Shown: positions 19,777-29,460, numbered from the stretch's first letter. The stretch is DNA of 64,000 bases from Nitrosopumilaceae archaeon (GCA_965207375.1 OZ242274.1:1920001-1984000), one strand, 5' to 3'. Program-made: numbers and translations. Notes: a model not told the origin generated them from the letters alone.

Positions 19777-21304
19777 GTAAGTGTTAACGTGGTTTTTACG
19801 TCTCTAGAGGTATTTTGCCATCTCTTCTAGATAATTTAATCCAGCATTTCTCCAAGTCATCACACATGAAAACAAATTGCCCAATGTCTCCATGCTTTTT
19901 TCGGATCTGATTCCACCACGTATTTTTCTGTGTACAACAATCTCACGCAGTGCACGTTCTGCTGTATTGTTGGTAGGAGGTATGGTAGGATCCAGCACAA
20001 ACCTGAACAGGTTTGGTAGGGCTCGTCCCAGCTTTCCCATGAATCTTTTGAGATTGTGCAATGGAGTGTATGTGTTAATAATTCTCTTTACACGACGATA
20101 CAGATTGCGCCGTATTTTTTTGCGCCGTTTATACGAGATACGTGCAGTTATGGTATCTTTTGCATCTTCATATATTTTCTTGAGAGCCTCTTGTGCACCC
20201 AGACATTTTTTACATCCACATTTTTGTGTCTCGTGGTGCATCTCACGCATGATGTGAGCCCAACATCTCTGGATATCATATACCATGTACGGTTTGTGTC
20301 CGTCACAGATGATTGTTCCCTTCCAGTCATCTCCTAGTATCTCTTCGAGTACGTCTCTTCCCCTGCTAGGCCGTACCACATACAGTGCAGTATTTGTACC
20401 TGGAATGTAAAATACCCACGCCCATACGTTTTTGCCGTTTAGATGTATTGATGTCTCATCTATGTGTAACAGGACTGCAGCCCTGATTGCCTTTAGGAGT
20501 TGTTTTGTGGGTGCCGTTAGGCACGCACCAACCATGGTTATTATGTTGTGTGCAGAAGCTGGAGATATTTTGATTCCCCTCAAGGTCAGTGCTTCTGCGT
20601 TTCTGCGATGAGGTAGTCTGTCGATATAATTTGCTACTGCCTGTGTTACTATATTGTTGCCATAATTGCCTTTTGTAGGAAAATCAGTCTCTGGGATTAT
20701 GTCTTTTTTGCCACAGTTTTTGCATGAGCACAAATCTACATGATGACGTGTTGTTTCAGGTTGTACCTGTGGCGGTACTTCTGTAATGTCACGTATCTGT
20801 GTTTTGATAATTTTAAGATCTTTTGAGCCACACTCTGGACATTTTGCTGGCGTGTGTTGTTTGAATTTTGTAGGTTTTGGCTTGCTTGTTGCACCTTTGT
20901 GTCCCTTTGGTGCTCCTCGCTCACCTGTTGTTTTCTTGTTTTTATCCTTGTTTTTATTATCAGTTTTCTTCTTTTCTGGCATCTTGCGTGATGGTGGAGT
21001 GTGTGCGTTATCATAAAATTGGAGTTTTTTATTAAGATCAGTGGCAATAGTTTTCAAATTGTGTATGTTGTTTTCTAACTCCTTTACTAGATCTTTTAGT
21101 TTTTTTTCGTTGTCATCTTTTTTTTGGATCATGGCATCTTTCAACTCCATCATCTGTTCGAGTTTTAGATTCTTAGTTCGTTCGGCTTTGTAGAGTTTTT
21201 TGAAATCTGTCAATGTATGGTTTGGCTATTTGACCTCATTTAGATCATGTTGCCAAAAATTTGATCGTAAATGGTCAAAATCTAGGCACGACGTAAACAC
21301 TTAC
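19777..21304 (-). mobile_element. IS66-family element A (single-ORF, ISBst12-like)
   Basis: Ends GTAAGTGTTAACG / CGTAAACACTTAC; 8-bp TSD CTTTTTTG at 19769-19776 and 21305-21312. Confidence 0.93.
19804..21213 (-). CDS. IS66 TnpC transposase
   Basis: Coiled coil, HTPPS, GAPKGHKG, CPECG...CKNCG finger, HIDETS, ICDG, QRCWAHIMR, TNNTAERALR. Confidence 0.93.
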   Translation of the reverse strand: MTDFKKLYKAERTKNLKLEQMMELKDAMIQKKDDNEKKLKDLVKELENNIHNLKTIATDLNKKLQFYDNAHTPPSRKMPEKKKTDNKNKDKNKKTTGERGAPKGHKGATSKPKPTKFKQHTPAKCPECGSKDLKIIKTQIRDITEVPPQVQPETTRHHVDLCSCKNCGKKDIIPETDFPTKGNYGNNIVTQAVANYIDRLPHRRNAEALTLRGIKISPASAHNIITMVGACLTAPTKQLLKAIRAAVLLHIDETSIHLNGKNVWAWVFYIPGTNTALYVVRPSRGRDVLEEILGDDWKGTIICDGHKPYMVYDIQRCWAHIMREMHHETQKCGCKKCLGAQEALKKIYEDAKDTITARISYKRRKKIRRNLYRRVKRIINTYTPLHNLKRFMGKLGRALPNLFRFVLDPTIPPTNNTAERALREIVVHRKIRGGIRSEKSMETLGNLFSCVMTWRNAGLNYLEEMAKYL

Positions 21305-21320
21305 CTTTTTTGCGATTACT

Positions 21321-22486
21321 ATGCGTCAACAAAAAAGTGGGCAAACACACCGAAGAGAGATTGGTACGAGGATCTTTAATATCTTCTCAAACACACTGGA
21401 AACTGCAGGTATATCATTTGGTACAGCAGACAATACAAAATACGACCTACCAAATTTTACAACAATGCTAACTGAAATGAGTCGTTCTCGCATCACTGCA
21501 GAATCAGTAGCTGTAGATTTTGAAACGAACAAAGATGCACTAGGTGGAAAATGGATACGCAGCATGATAAATGATATGAGTTCTGATCAGGCAGAACATG
21601 TCTGCAATGAAATGTTACGCCAGACATCACGACCTGCAATAAAAGCAATAATTCACAAAACAGACACACGGGTTGCAATAGACAAACATCTCATACCGCG
21701 TTACGACAAGGGCAATTTGGCTTATCTTATACGGTCCAAATCATACAAGGGCACCACCAAGTTTGAGGCTTATGCGACCATGCAGATAGTAGCTAAAGAT
21801 GAAAACCCACCCTAGACTGTGTTCCAATAACCCGAGACGATTCTGATGTCGATTTCGTGCGTAGATTTACCAAAAATCTACAAAAATACAAGATTCATCC
21901 ACGCCTTTTGCTGTTAGACAGGGAATTTTTCTCAGTAGAGGTCATGGAATCCCTGTACGAAAATCAGCATACGTTTCTTATGCCAGCAGTAAAAAACGCT
22001 ATAATCAAAAAGAACATTATAAAATTCCACGATGGAAAAGCAGAGGCAGTATCGTCTCATACTATGAAAAACAAAGATGGACAAGAATTTACCTTTACTC
22101 TAGTTATCAGAAAATCCAAAAAGTATGATGATCCTGATACAAAAATAATTGAAAAGTATGTAGTCTTTGCCACCAATTTATCACATGAGCGTGCCATCAA
22201 AGAGATTGAGATGCTGCCAAAGGCATATCGTCGTAGGTGTGGAATAGAGACAGGCTACAGACAGCTAGAACAATTCAGACCTAGAACCAGTAGTCGCAAT
22301 CATCTGTTTCGGATTTTTCTGTTTTTTATTTCCGTTTTCATGCGCAACATGCGGGCATTGACTCGATATGATGAGGTCACACAGTCAAGTATTACAATGA
22401 GGCAAATAATTGGTGCAGTTATGATGTGTGCTGTACAATATATCAGAATTGTTGTAATGCAGTATGATGTAGGTGGTGCAGAATAG
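21321..22486 (+). pseudogene. ISH3-family DDE transposase, frameshifted near 21810 and split from its first 9 codons
   Basis: VAIDKH, LLLDREFFS and YRRRCGIETGYR (YxxRWxIE-like) lie in two frames. Confidence 0.82.
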
Positions 22487-22543
22487 TGGGTGAATTTCCA
22501 TCTACTGGTCAACACTAATATTACAAAATATCATAAAGTAATT

Positions 22544-23320
22544 ATGACAATCATAAAAAACATTAAGATAATTTTGTTTAGTTCACTGATGGTTGCAATG
22601 ATTTTGCCATTTTCTGCAATGGACACAGCCGCCGAAATACAAACTGATGAAGATGAGCTGGCAAAACTCTTAGAATACAAAAAAGAGATCAAATCTCAAC
22701 TAAAAGAAACAGAAGTTAAATCTGAAAGGAAAGAACTTCGTAAGATTATCAAGCGAGTAAATGTTCTAATCGATTTATTGCATATCAAACAAGATCATGA
22801 AACAAATAAGATCAACTTGACAACAGCTAATAACCAAACTACGATATTGCTAGAAAAATTAGATTCTACGTTTACTAGTATGGATACACATAGATTAGAC
22901 ATGGTCATGACAAATGTAGTAATAGCGCAATCTGGAACTTATAATTATGCAACTACAACACAGACGAAGTTCAATTGTGACACAATATCTAATCAAATTG
23001 GTTACAACTATGGAACTGTCACTGGGATTGATTTTGTCGAATCTTATGTGGTGGCAATTCAGGGTTATCCTAGTTCTATCGCAATAATGGAAAATAACTA
23101 TTGTACAGAAAAGAACTTTGATTATGGATATGTAAAATACCGAAATGTTGCTACGGGAAAAATGTGTACTGGTGATTTACCCACTGCAAGTTCTGTAGCT
23201 CAAGGTTATTGTGCCAAATTTGGAACCGGAAGTCCTGTATTTATCACAGCTACTGCATGGTATGATGGATCAAACCCGTTCAATATCACAGAAGGTTGGG
23301 AATTCATATGGGTTCCATAA
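22544..23320 (+). CDS. secreted protein: signal peptide, coiled-coil region, beta-rich C-terminal domain with 4 Cys
   Basis: IKIILFSSLMVAMILPFSAM signal-like segment; start taken at ATG 22544, outside the IS end. Confidence 0.75.
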   Translation: MTIIKNIKIILFSSLMVAMILPFSAMDTAAEIQTDEDELAKLLEYKKEIKSQLKETEVKSERKELRKIIKRVNVLIDLLHIKQDHETNKINLTTANNQTTILLEKLDSTFTSMDTHRLDMVMTNVVIAQSGTYNYATTTQTKFNCDTISNQIGYNYGTVTGIDFVESYVVAIQGYPSSIAIMENNYCTEKNFDYGYVKYRNVATGKMCTGDLPTASSVAQGYCAKFGTGSPVFITATAWYDGSNPFNITEGWEFIWVP

Positions 23321-23326
23321 TTTTTC

Positions 23327-23533
23327 ATGATGAATAAACTGAAAATTTTTGTATGGGTAGTTCCGATAATGGTTATTTTGATTGCAGATAGACCCATAAC
23401 GCGCCTGACTAATGAATTGGTAACATCTAAAACCTTTGAGATTGGGGTGATTGTGATGATTTTGGATGTAATGTTGATTTTAACTGTGGGTGGTTTGTCC
23501 TTCTATACAGTCAAAAGAATTTGGAATGCATAG
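23327..23533 (+). CDS. small two-TM membrane protein
   Basis: Two hydrophobic helices; 6 bp downstream of the secreted-protein gene. Confidence 0.6.
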   Translation: MMNKLKIFVWVVPIMVILIADRPITRLTNELVTSKTFEIGVIVMILDVMLILTVGGLSFYTVKRIWNA

Positions 23534-23675
23534 TGATTTTAAAATCACTACACATCACGCATTCCAAGAATAAAATATCCATAGTAACAGAATATCTATT
23601 ATTTTCTAAAATGTCATTTAAGTAAAGATTAGAAAACAATTTTGGCGCGGAGGTACACATCGAGAATAACTCAGG

Positions 23676-24185
23676 GTGTTTGTAATATGTGATAATACAA
23701 GTGGCCACAAATCCAAAAAGATCAAAGAGTATTTGGAAAAGGCATGCGGCGATGTTGTCCTATGGTGCCTTCCACCGTACACCCCACAGCACAATCCAAT
23801 AGAGAGGATGTGGCGCGAGATCAAGCGTGCCATTGCAGGAAGATATTTTGGCAGCTTTGAAAAGATGCAGGATACCATAAAACAACTTGTACAAAGCGGT
23901 GAGGCAGCAACTGTAAAGCTGTTCAAATACATGCTGGATGTAATAAATCAGGACAAAAATGTACTTCAGATATCTGTAACCTGAGAAACATATTAGGATT
24001 TCAAGAGTATTGTCTTTTCAGGATAACCTAAGCTCAAAACTGCACCAATATGCCAAAACATGCCACAACATGTTTGATTTTATGGATTTGTCGTATCTTC
24101 TGTCATGATTTTGTGTTTTGCCTGTGGCTGAAATCTACTATCACAGGCTACAGCCAAAAAGCGTTCCATTCTTTTTTGCGATTAC
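23676..24185 (+). mobile_element. 3' remnant of an IS630-B copy
   Basis: Highly similar to about 19277-19776 (FVICDNTSGHKSKK...); intact right end GTTCCATTCTTTTTTGCGATTAC + TA. Confidence 0.9.
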
Positions 24186-24187
24186 TA

Positions 24188-24660
24188 CACACCAGCTTCG
24201 GTTGCCAAAAAAGGAGATCAAATACGGCAATCCCAAGGGAGACGTACTAAAATTTCTAAACGAACTTGTACATCTATGCCAGCAACACTATTTTGCAGAC
24301 AAGATAACTGATATGCACTCAAGAAAGGTGGCAGCCAACTGTCTTGACAGTCAAATGCGTCAGCTTATGAACGCAGATTGGACAGATGACAAGCAAGGTA
24401 CGATACGCAGATTCCAAAAGAGATGGAGAAGGGAAGGATACTACACCACGACGTTTCTGACAATTGAGGGGATTGAACCTGACAACAACGGAGTGGAGAG
24501 AATGAATCGGCGTTTTGTATCAATACGGCATGATGGAGGTGGGAATCGTTCTGATGCAGGCATGGAGACCAATTCCATACTGTTTACAATACTTGCAACT
24601 AGCAAGATTCAAAATACTAGTTTTTATGACATTTTAAGAAATTCCTACAGCCCAGGATAG
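24188..24660 (+). pseudogene. C-terminal fragment of a second IS66-lineage (B) transposase
   Basis: IEPDNNGVERMNR...GGNRS...SILFTILAT matches the IS66 C-terminal pattern. An IS66-type end GCGAAACAGTTAC lies at 26502-26514. Confidence 0.75.
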
Positions 24661-24675
24661 CATTATCCTTTCTGT

Positions 24676-26418
24676 GATTCTCCAGCATTAATTGTTGGTA
24701 AAAGTCAATATACAAATTTTCTCTGGATTGCCCGTGCCTAGATTACTGCCTGTACCAGCAGATCAATCACACATTATCAAAGCAATCACACATTAGCAGA
24801 ACATAATCTTCTCCGAGTTGTCACTGTTTCATCACACATGTAACTTTGACATTAGAGTTTATTGCACGTACAGTGCAGCGTTTGATATTACTGTCCTCCA
24901 TTTTTGTCCGTGTATAGTTATACCTGCAGCCTCTGCAGGCGTCTTGCCTCCAAGACTCGAGTGAGGTCGCATGAAATTGTAATAAATATCACATCCTGCA
25001 AATATTGGCGAGTTTTTACTTTTAATGCCGCGTCTGGGTCGTTGTATAGAACGTAATGTCCCGTTGAATCTTTCCTGGACATTGTTGTTGTTCTTTTTGG
25101 AAATTCCTGCATTTGATATGTGTGTGCAATGTTGATGTATCGCGTTTGGTGCAGCATACACTGATTCAAATGCTTGTGCATATGAGGGCAGGCCATCGCT
25201 TACAAATTCTGTAGGTTTCTTTCCGGCACGGGCTGCTGCAGCTTTGAGTAGATTTTCTGCATTGTGTCCGTCCTTGCAGTTTGCAACCTCCCATGCTAGT
25301 AAAAATCTGGTATCATAATCAGTCTCTGCAAAAAGATAATTTTGTTTACCTCTTATTGAAATGTATTCCTCGTCTGCACAGAATCGATTGCCTGTATTAA
25401 TTGAAAGTGACATCAGGTATACATACACCATTGTTACAAATTTGATTATCCATCTGTATATCGTAGATATACACACATACACTCCCTTTTGTGCTAGCGT
25501 GTCTTGTATTGCACTAGGTGTATGTCCTTTAAAGTAGGCATCAAGTGCATCTAGAATCGCCCATGATTCTATTCGTGTGTGTTCCATGCCGCCCCTGTAC
25601 CCAAAGACACGATTGCAATTTTTGCATTGGTATCGCTGTGTAATGCCATTTTGACGCTGTATATGACCATATTTTATGAGACGGTCGTTACCGCAACGAA
25701 TACAGTGGGATGGGATTTCTATTAGACATATTTCTGTGACCTTTTCAGTGATGTCATCTGTATCTTTGATCTGTTTGTCCTGGCAAGGCAGCTCAGACGC
25801 ATCTTTGGGGTGTCCATCCATTATTGTCTCTGCCTCTCTATCTGTTACATCTGCAATTACTGCCAGGATGTGTTTGCATTGAGCTTGTCTGTATTTGTAA
25901 TCTGGACAGTCACATGACCAAGAATTTTTTTTCTGTATCACGGTATATCTGATGTTGTCCTTAGATTGGGACTGTACTGTGTAATGGTTAGGTTTGACTT
26001 TTTTTATTGCATTTTGTGTTTCTAGTATTTTCAAGGCACGGTTTCCACGCCCTTGTGCACCCTTACTCCAGGATACACGTGTACTCATCCATCTGGTAAC
26101 TCGTGTCATTTTGTCAGTACTGCGCGTAAGCAGTGTAGATGTCTTGTTTCGTATAGCCTCAAATTTTTCGTGTAGTTTAAATTTTGATCCTGTACATGGT
26201 TTTTGATGTGTTTGTCCCATCATTGTGGTAATCGATGGGACTACATGTCGTGTGTATTTGGATCATGTGGGTTAACAAATTTTGAAAAAATGGTTAAATT
26301 TTTGATCTCTTTTACCTGCACAAGAACAAACTATGTAACAATTGAAGAAATTTTAGGCACGGGCAATTCGGAGAAAATTTGCATATTGACTTTGACCAAC
26401 AGATAACGCTGGAGAATC
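24676..26418 (-). mobile_element. SWIM-finger IS6-like element with 65-bp TIRs
   Basis: TIRs 24676-24740 and 26354-26418 (58/65 identical by manual alignment); 8-bp TSD CTTTCTGT at 24668-24675 and 26419-26426. Confidence 0.9.
24859..26223 (-). CDS. DDE transposase (IS6/IS240-like) with N-terminal SWIM finger and IS1-type Zn ribbon
   Basis: WSCDCPDY...CKHILAV; CIRCG...QRYQCKNC; STIYRWI HTH; CADEEY, VSDGLPSY, NNVQERFNG, YYNFMRPHSSLGGKTPAE. Confidence 0.9.
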   Translation of the reverse strand: MMGQTHQKPCTGSKFKLHEKFEAIRNKTSTLLTRSTDKMTRVTRWMSTRVSWSKGAQGRGNRALKILETQNAIKKVKPNHYTVQSQSKDNIRYTVIQKKNSWSCDCPDYKYRQAQCKHILAVIADVTDREAETIMDGHPKDASELPCQDKQIKDTDDITEKVTEICLIEIPSHCIRCGNDRLIKYGHIQRQNGITQRYQCKNCNRVFGYRGGMEHTRIESWAILDALDAYFKGHTPSAIQDTLAQKGVYVCISTIYRWIIKFVTMVYVYLMSLSINTGNRFCADEEYISIRGKQNYLFAETDYDTRFLLAWEVANCKDGHNAENLLKAAAARAGKKPTEFVSDGLPSYAQAFESVYAAPNAIHQHCTHISNAGISKKNNNNVQERFNGTLRSIQRPRRGIKSKNSPIFAGCDIYYNFMRPHSSLGGKTPAEAAGITIHGQKWRTVISNAALYVQ

Positions 26419-26514
26419 CTTTCTGTATATCATATCCTGAGGAATAGTAAATTACAATGATAGGGGATGTTGCGCATGACTATCTGAGATAGCTTCAAAA
26501 AGCGAAACAGTTAC

Positions 26515-26537
26515 GTTCCATTCTTTTTTGCGATTAC
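26515..26537 (+). mobile_element. isolated IS630-B right TIR
   Basis: GTTCCATTCTTTTTTGCGATTAC + TA, identical to 24163-24185. Confidence 0.85.
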
Positions 26538-26679
26538 TACGTATCAGATTTTTTTGTATAGGTTTGGTTCATATTCTACAGATGATTTGGACTACAAATT
26601 ACGGCCTGCACATTACAAAGACATGCAGTTTGACACCGTAATTCAAGTTCAGAAAAATTTGCGTGTGTTGATACTAGAA

Positions 26680-26853
26680 TTATCCATAGATCATACAGTG
26701 TTCACATTCACAGCTGTTAATTTTTTTAGTCTTTGCAAGACAATTCTTGTGTTGGCCCGCCTGACACTGAACACATATTTCATCAAGATTTTCAATTTTG
26801 GTGTATTTTTTTGACTGATCAAATCCAAATCCACCATCTTCTGGTCCCACCAT
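26680..26853 (-). CDS. small Cys-rich protein
   Basis: MVGPEDGGFG...CVQCQAGQHKNC...CECEHC. Confidence 0.7.
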   Translation of the reverse strand: MVGPEDGGFGFDQSKKYTKIENLDEICVQCQAGQHKNCLAKTKKINSCECEHCMIYG

Positions 26854-26889
26854 AAAACTACAAAACAATACCAGTATTTTATGTCATTG

Positions 26890-27204
26890 CTAGCAAATGG
26901 CCTCTCTAATTAACTTGTACAGTTCGGCTCTGTGCTCCTCAACAAATCCACGAATTTCAAAGGTATCTACAAACCCTCCCGCCGAAGCTCTAGTGGCCTT
27001 TAGCAAATAATGCAATGCACCTTCCTCAATTTTACCAACATAATAACCATAAAGAAAATCAACCTCATTTTCACATTTCCATACTTGTGATATTTTTAGA
27101 AATGTTTGATTTATTTCGGTAGGAATTTCTTTAATTCTATTTTTGACATATTCGTCAAGAGATTTTCTCAAAGAGGCATCTTGAATCATGTGTAAGTACA
27201 ACAC
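26890..27204 (-). CDS. hypothetical protein
   Basis: Clean ORF containing DFLYGYYVGKIEEG. Confidence 0.7.
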   Translation of the reverse strand: MLYLHMIQDASLRKSLDEYVKNRIKEIPTEINQTFLKISQVWKCENEVDFLYGYYVGKIEEGALHYLLKATRASAGGFVDTFEIRGFVEEHRAELYKLIREAIC

Positions 27205-27225
27205 AGACGGTAGTTTTAAGGTATT

Positions 27226-27357
27226 CTAATCAGAATCGTTAGAATCTTTGTCCCACATGTGCATGTTTCCCCTAATCATAAAAGAGCCAACCACGATGAC
27301 AATCAAGCCAGTTACGATAAACAAAAAGAATCTTCCAACACTTTTGATGTTTGCCAA
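27226..27357 (-). CDS. 43-aa single-TM microprotein
   Basis: MANIKSVGRFFLFIVTGLIVIVVGSFMIRGNMHMWDKDSNDSD (manual, TTG start). Confidence 0.55.
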   Translation of the reverse strand: MANIKSVGRFFLFIVTGLIVIVVGSFMIRGNMHMWDKDSNDSD

Positions 27358-27429
27358 TAATTAGATTCATGTGTCATCATAGTTATAATTTCAGCCATCA
27401 AATGGGCCACAATCTACAAGAGATATTCC

Positions 27430-27914
27430 CTAGGTGCAATTAAACTGTTGTACATGCAATATAGAATCCATACAGAAGGCGTTGTACTTGAGGATATCGT
27501 CTGTCATTACTGGTACGGACCAGTCATTTACTGCGTTATTATTTCCAAGACACGGTTTGCCCGCCCTTACGCAACCTCACTCCACGATACACATGTCCTC
27601 ATCTAGTTTGTAATTGTTATTTTGTCAGTACTGCGCGTAAACAGCGCCGATATCTTATTCCGCATAACCTCAAATTTTTCACGTAGTTTAAATTTTGATC
27701 CTGTACATGGTTTTTGATGTGTTTGTCCCATCATTGCCAAATCCGATGGGATATACAGGTCATGACACATTTGGATCATGTGGGTTGACAAATTTTTCAA
27801 AAAATGATTGAATTTTTTGATCACTAATTCTGAAACAAATGCGACATATTGAAAGAATTTCAGACGTGGAGGAAAATCCGGAGAATTTTATCAACATTTA
27901 ATTCAGGAGAATTC
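27430..27914 (-). mobile_element. degenerate 5' remnant of the SWIM/IS6-like element
   Basis: MMGQTHQKPCTGSKFKL near-identical to the start at 26223; shared upstream block; ends GGAGAATTC like the TIR. Left boundary approximate. Confidence 0.8.
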
Positions 27915-27954
27915 AAATTATAAATTAAATAATGAAGAGGTATGGTATAAAGTC

Positions 27955-28284
27955 ATGACCGTTATAGTAACTAAAATGCCTGGAGGGATAGCGCAAATGT
28001 TTACCCCAGAAACTGGAAAAATCACATACAAATGCAAGGGTCAAAGTACATTTATGGAAATTGAGGCATTTGGTGGAATTGTTAAATTTAATCAAAAAGG
28101 ATCAAAGGCCATCGTTTCAGGACAGGTTACAGAATTGCAGGATTGTAAGGTAATACTTCCTCAAGATGAGCAGTATTCTGCTGCTAAAAAAGCTGCAAAT
28201 GATGCAAAAAGATCTTTTAAAGAGGAGCAAATTTCCACGCTGCAAAAAGAGATTAAAACTCTAGATCTTCTTACAGGAAATTAA
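27955..28284 (+). CDS. hypothetical protein
   Basis: ATG ORF, 109 aa; no motif recognised. Confidence 0.55.
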   Translation: MTVIVTKMPGGIAQMFTPETGKITYKCKGQSTFMEIEAFGGIVKFNQKGSKAIVSGQVTELQDCKVILPQDEQYSAAKKAANDAKRSFKEEQISTLQKEIKTLDLLTGN

Positions 28285-29091
28285 CATATAATCAATGATT
28301 CCGTTCTGAGATACACTTTGCATTTTCTTAATTGAACTGTATAGTATCTTTTCAACATAACCCGGATAAAGGTCAGAAATTTGGGCTTTGATGGCGTTTC
28401 GATTTTTTTCATAATAAACAGAAAGAGGATCATAGACCTGGGTTCCAATTTTATTCAAGGAAATAATTTCAAATCCCTGATTCTTTATAGAATCTAACAC
28501 ATAATTTTCAGAATAGTGTTCAGATGACCAAGTCATAGACAACAGTCCTAGTTTAGTCATAGAAATGCTTGTTGTACCAGACATTACAGGAATTGCCAAC
28601 GCCAAAATTCCAGAATCAGTCAACACCCGATATGATTCAGATACAAATGACGTCAACGGTTTAAAATGTTGAGCAGATTCAAAGGCTAGCACCCTGTCTA
28701 ATGAGGAATCTCGGAAGGGAAATGAGACAGCAGTGGCATTTAGTTTTGCAGTCTGGGAGTTTTTTAATTGATCAAAATTTATGTTCAGGCAGACAAGATC
28801 AAGAGGACCGTGTTCTGATTGCCATTGCAATGCAGGTGCACCATATCCACTCCCAACATCAAGTACCCTTTGATTAGGGTAAAGCTGTGCCAAATTTCCA
28901 AAAACAGAACACAGTCGCTGTTGAGCATGTAACGGTGTGATATCTGGACTGTCCCAATATCCAAAATTAAGCATGTCACCTCCGGTTGCAAGACGCATTA
29001 TATCAGATAGACAATCATACAGGCGGATTACGTCTCTTTCGTTTCTCCTAAAAGTCCACAAAAAAAGATCAAAAAGATTGATAGATTTCAA
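28261..29091 (-). CDS. class I SAM-dependent methyltransferase (type 11)
   Basis: MLNFGYW, VLDVGSGYG, FPFRDSSLDRVLAFESAQHF. The longer track start lies inside the MITE, so TTG 29091 was used. Confidence 0.88.
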   Translation of the reverse strand: MKSINLFDLFLWTFRRNERDVIRLYDCLSDIMRLATGGDMLNFGYWDSPDITPLHAQQRLCSVFGNLAQLYPNQRVLDVGSGYGAPALQWQSEHGPLDLVCLNINFDQLKNSQTAKLNATAVSFPFRDSSLDRVLAFESAQHFKPLTSFVSESYRVLTDSGILALAIPVMSGTTSISMTKLGLLSMTWSSEHYSENYVLDSIKNQGFEIISLNKIGTQVYDPLSVYYEKNRNAIKAQISDLYPGYVEKILYSSIKKMQSVSQNGIIDYMLISCKKI

Positions 29092-29128
29092 GTTAAATTG
29101 GTTTACAGGTACCAATATGTAATTATTA

Positions 29129-29229
29129 CATCTAAGCAAAATGTGGCACAAATTCTTACCCCGCATCTGTTGCTCTGTTTGCATTTTGGAGTAGATTTTG
29201 ACCTATTTTGCCCACATTTCGCTTAGCTG
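29129..29229 (-). mobile_element. 101-bp MITE, copy 1
   Basis: Ends CATCTAAGCAAAATGTGG / CCACATTTCGCTTAGCTG; reverse complement aligns with 54686-54786 and 55681-55781. Confidence 0.9.
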
Positions 29230-29317
29230 TTGAGTAATTTCAATTTTAAGGGATCTGGATCACGCAGCAGAATCACAATTACAAATATTTTTAATCCACA
29301 ATTGCATATGTAAATAC

Positions 29318-29458
29318 ATGTCAAAGACAAAACAGATTGATTCTCCGCCACTTACAGAGGCAGAGATTGCAGATGTGGAATATTTTCGTGCCCATCCAGA
29401 AGAACATAAGGTCATGACACCTGAGGAATTTTTCAAAGAAATACATGACGGTGATTGA
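29318..29458 (+). CDS. 46-aa acidic putative antitoxin
   Basis: MSKTKQIDSPPLTEAEIADVEYF...TPEEFFKEI resembles 59394-59522 and precedes a RelE-like start. Confidence 0.65.
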   Translation: MSKTKQIDSPPLTEAEIADVEYFRAHPEEHKVMTPEEFFKEIHDGD

Positions 29459-29460
29459 AT

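Larger units (their letters stand above)
18167..21319 (+). mobile_element. IS630-family element B (right TIR interrupted by IS66-A)
   Basis: Left end GTGATTTTAAAAAAGAATGGAAC; reconstructed right end GTTCCATTCTTTTTTGCGATTAC; TA at 18165-6 and 21320-1. Confidence 0.88.
18051..22507 (+). mobile_element. ISH3-family (IS4-like) element interrupted by IS630-B
   Basis: TIRs CAGTAGATGGAAA / TTTCCATCTACTG. The transposase start (ATG 18139, MVSLPTLVR) rejoins in frame with 21321 (MRQQK) when IS630-B and one TA are removed. No TSD seen. Confidence 0.8.

Noticed and set aside
18041-22517. Longer ISH3 TIR (CAGTGTTAAT... / ...GTCAACACTA)
   Set aside because: The remnant at 55631 does not share the extension, and the left part also matches the SWIM/IS6 TIR start; boundary kept at CAGTAG.
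24050-24250. 66-aa ORF, the N-terminus of 24118-24660, and ORF 19609-19830
   Set aside because: Translations of the non-coding IS630-B right end.
29092-29184. N-terminal extension of the methyltransferase
   Set aside because: Start codon and first residues come from the MITE sequence.
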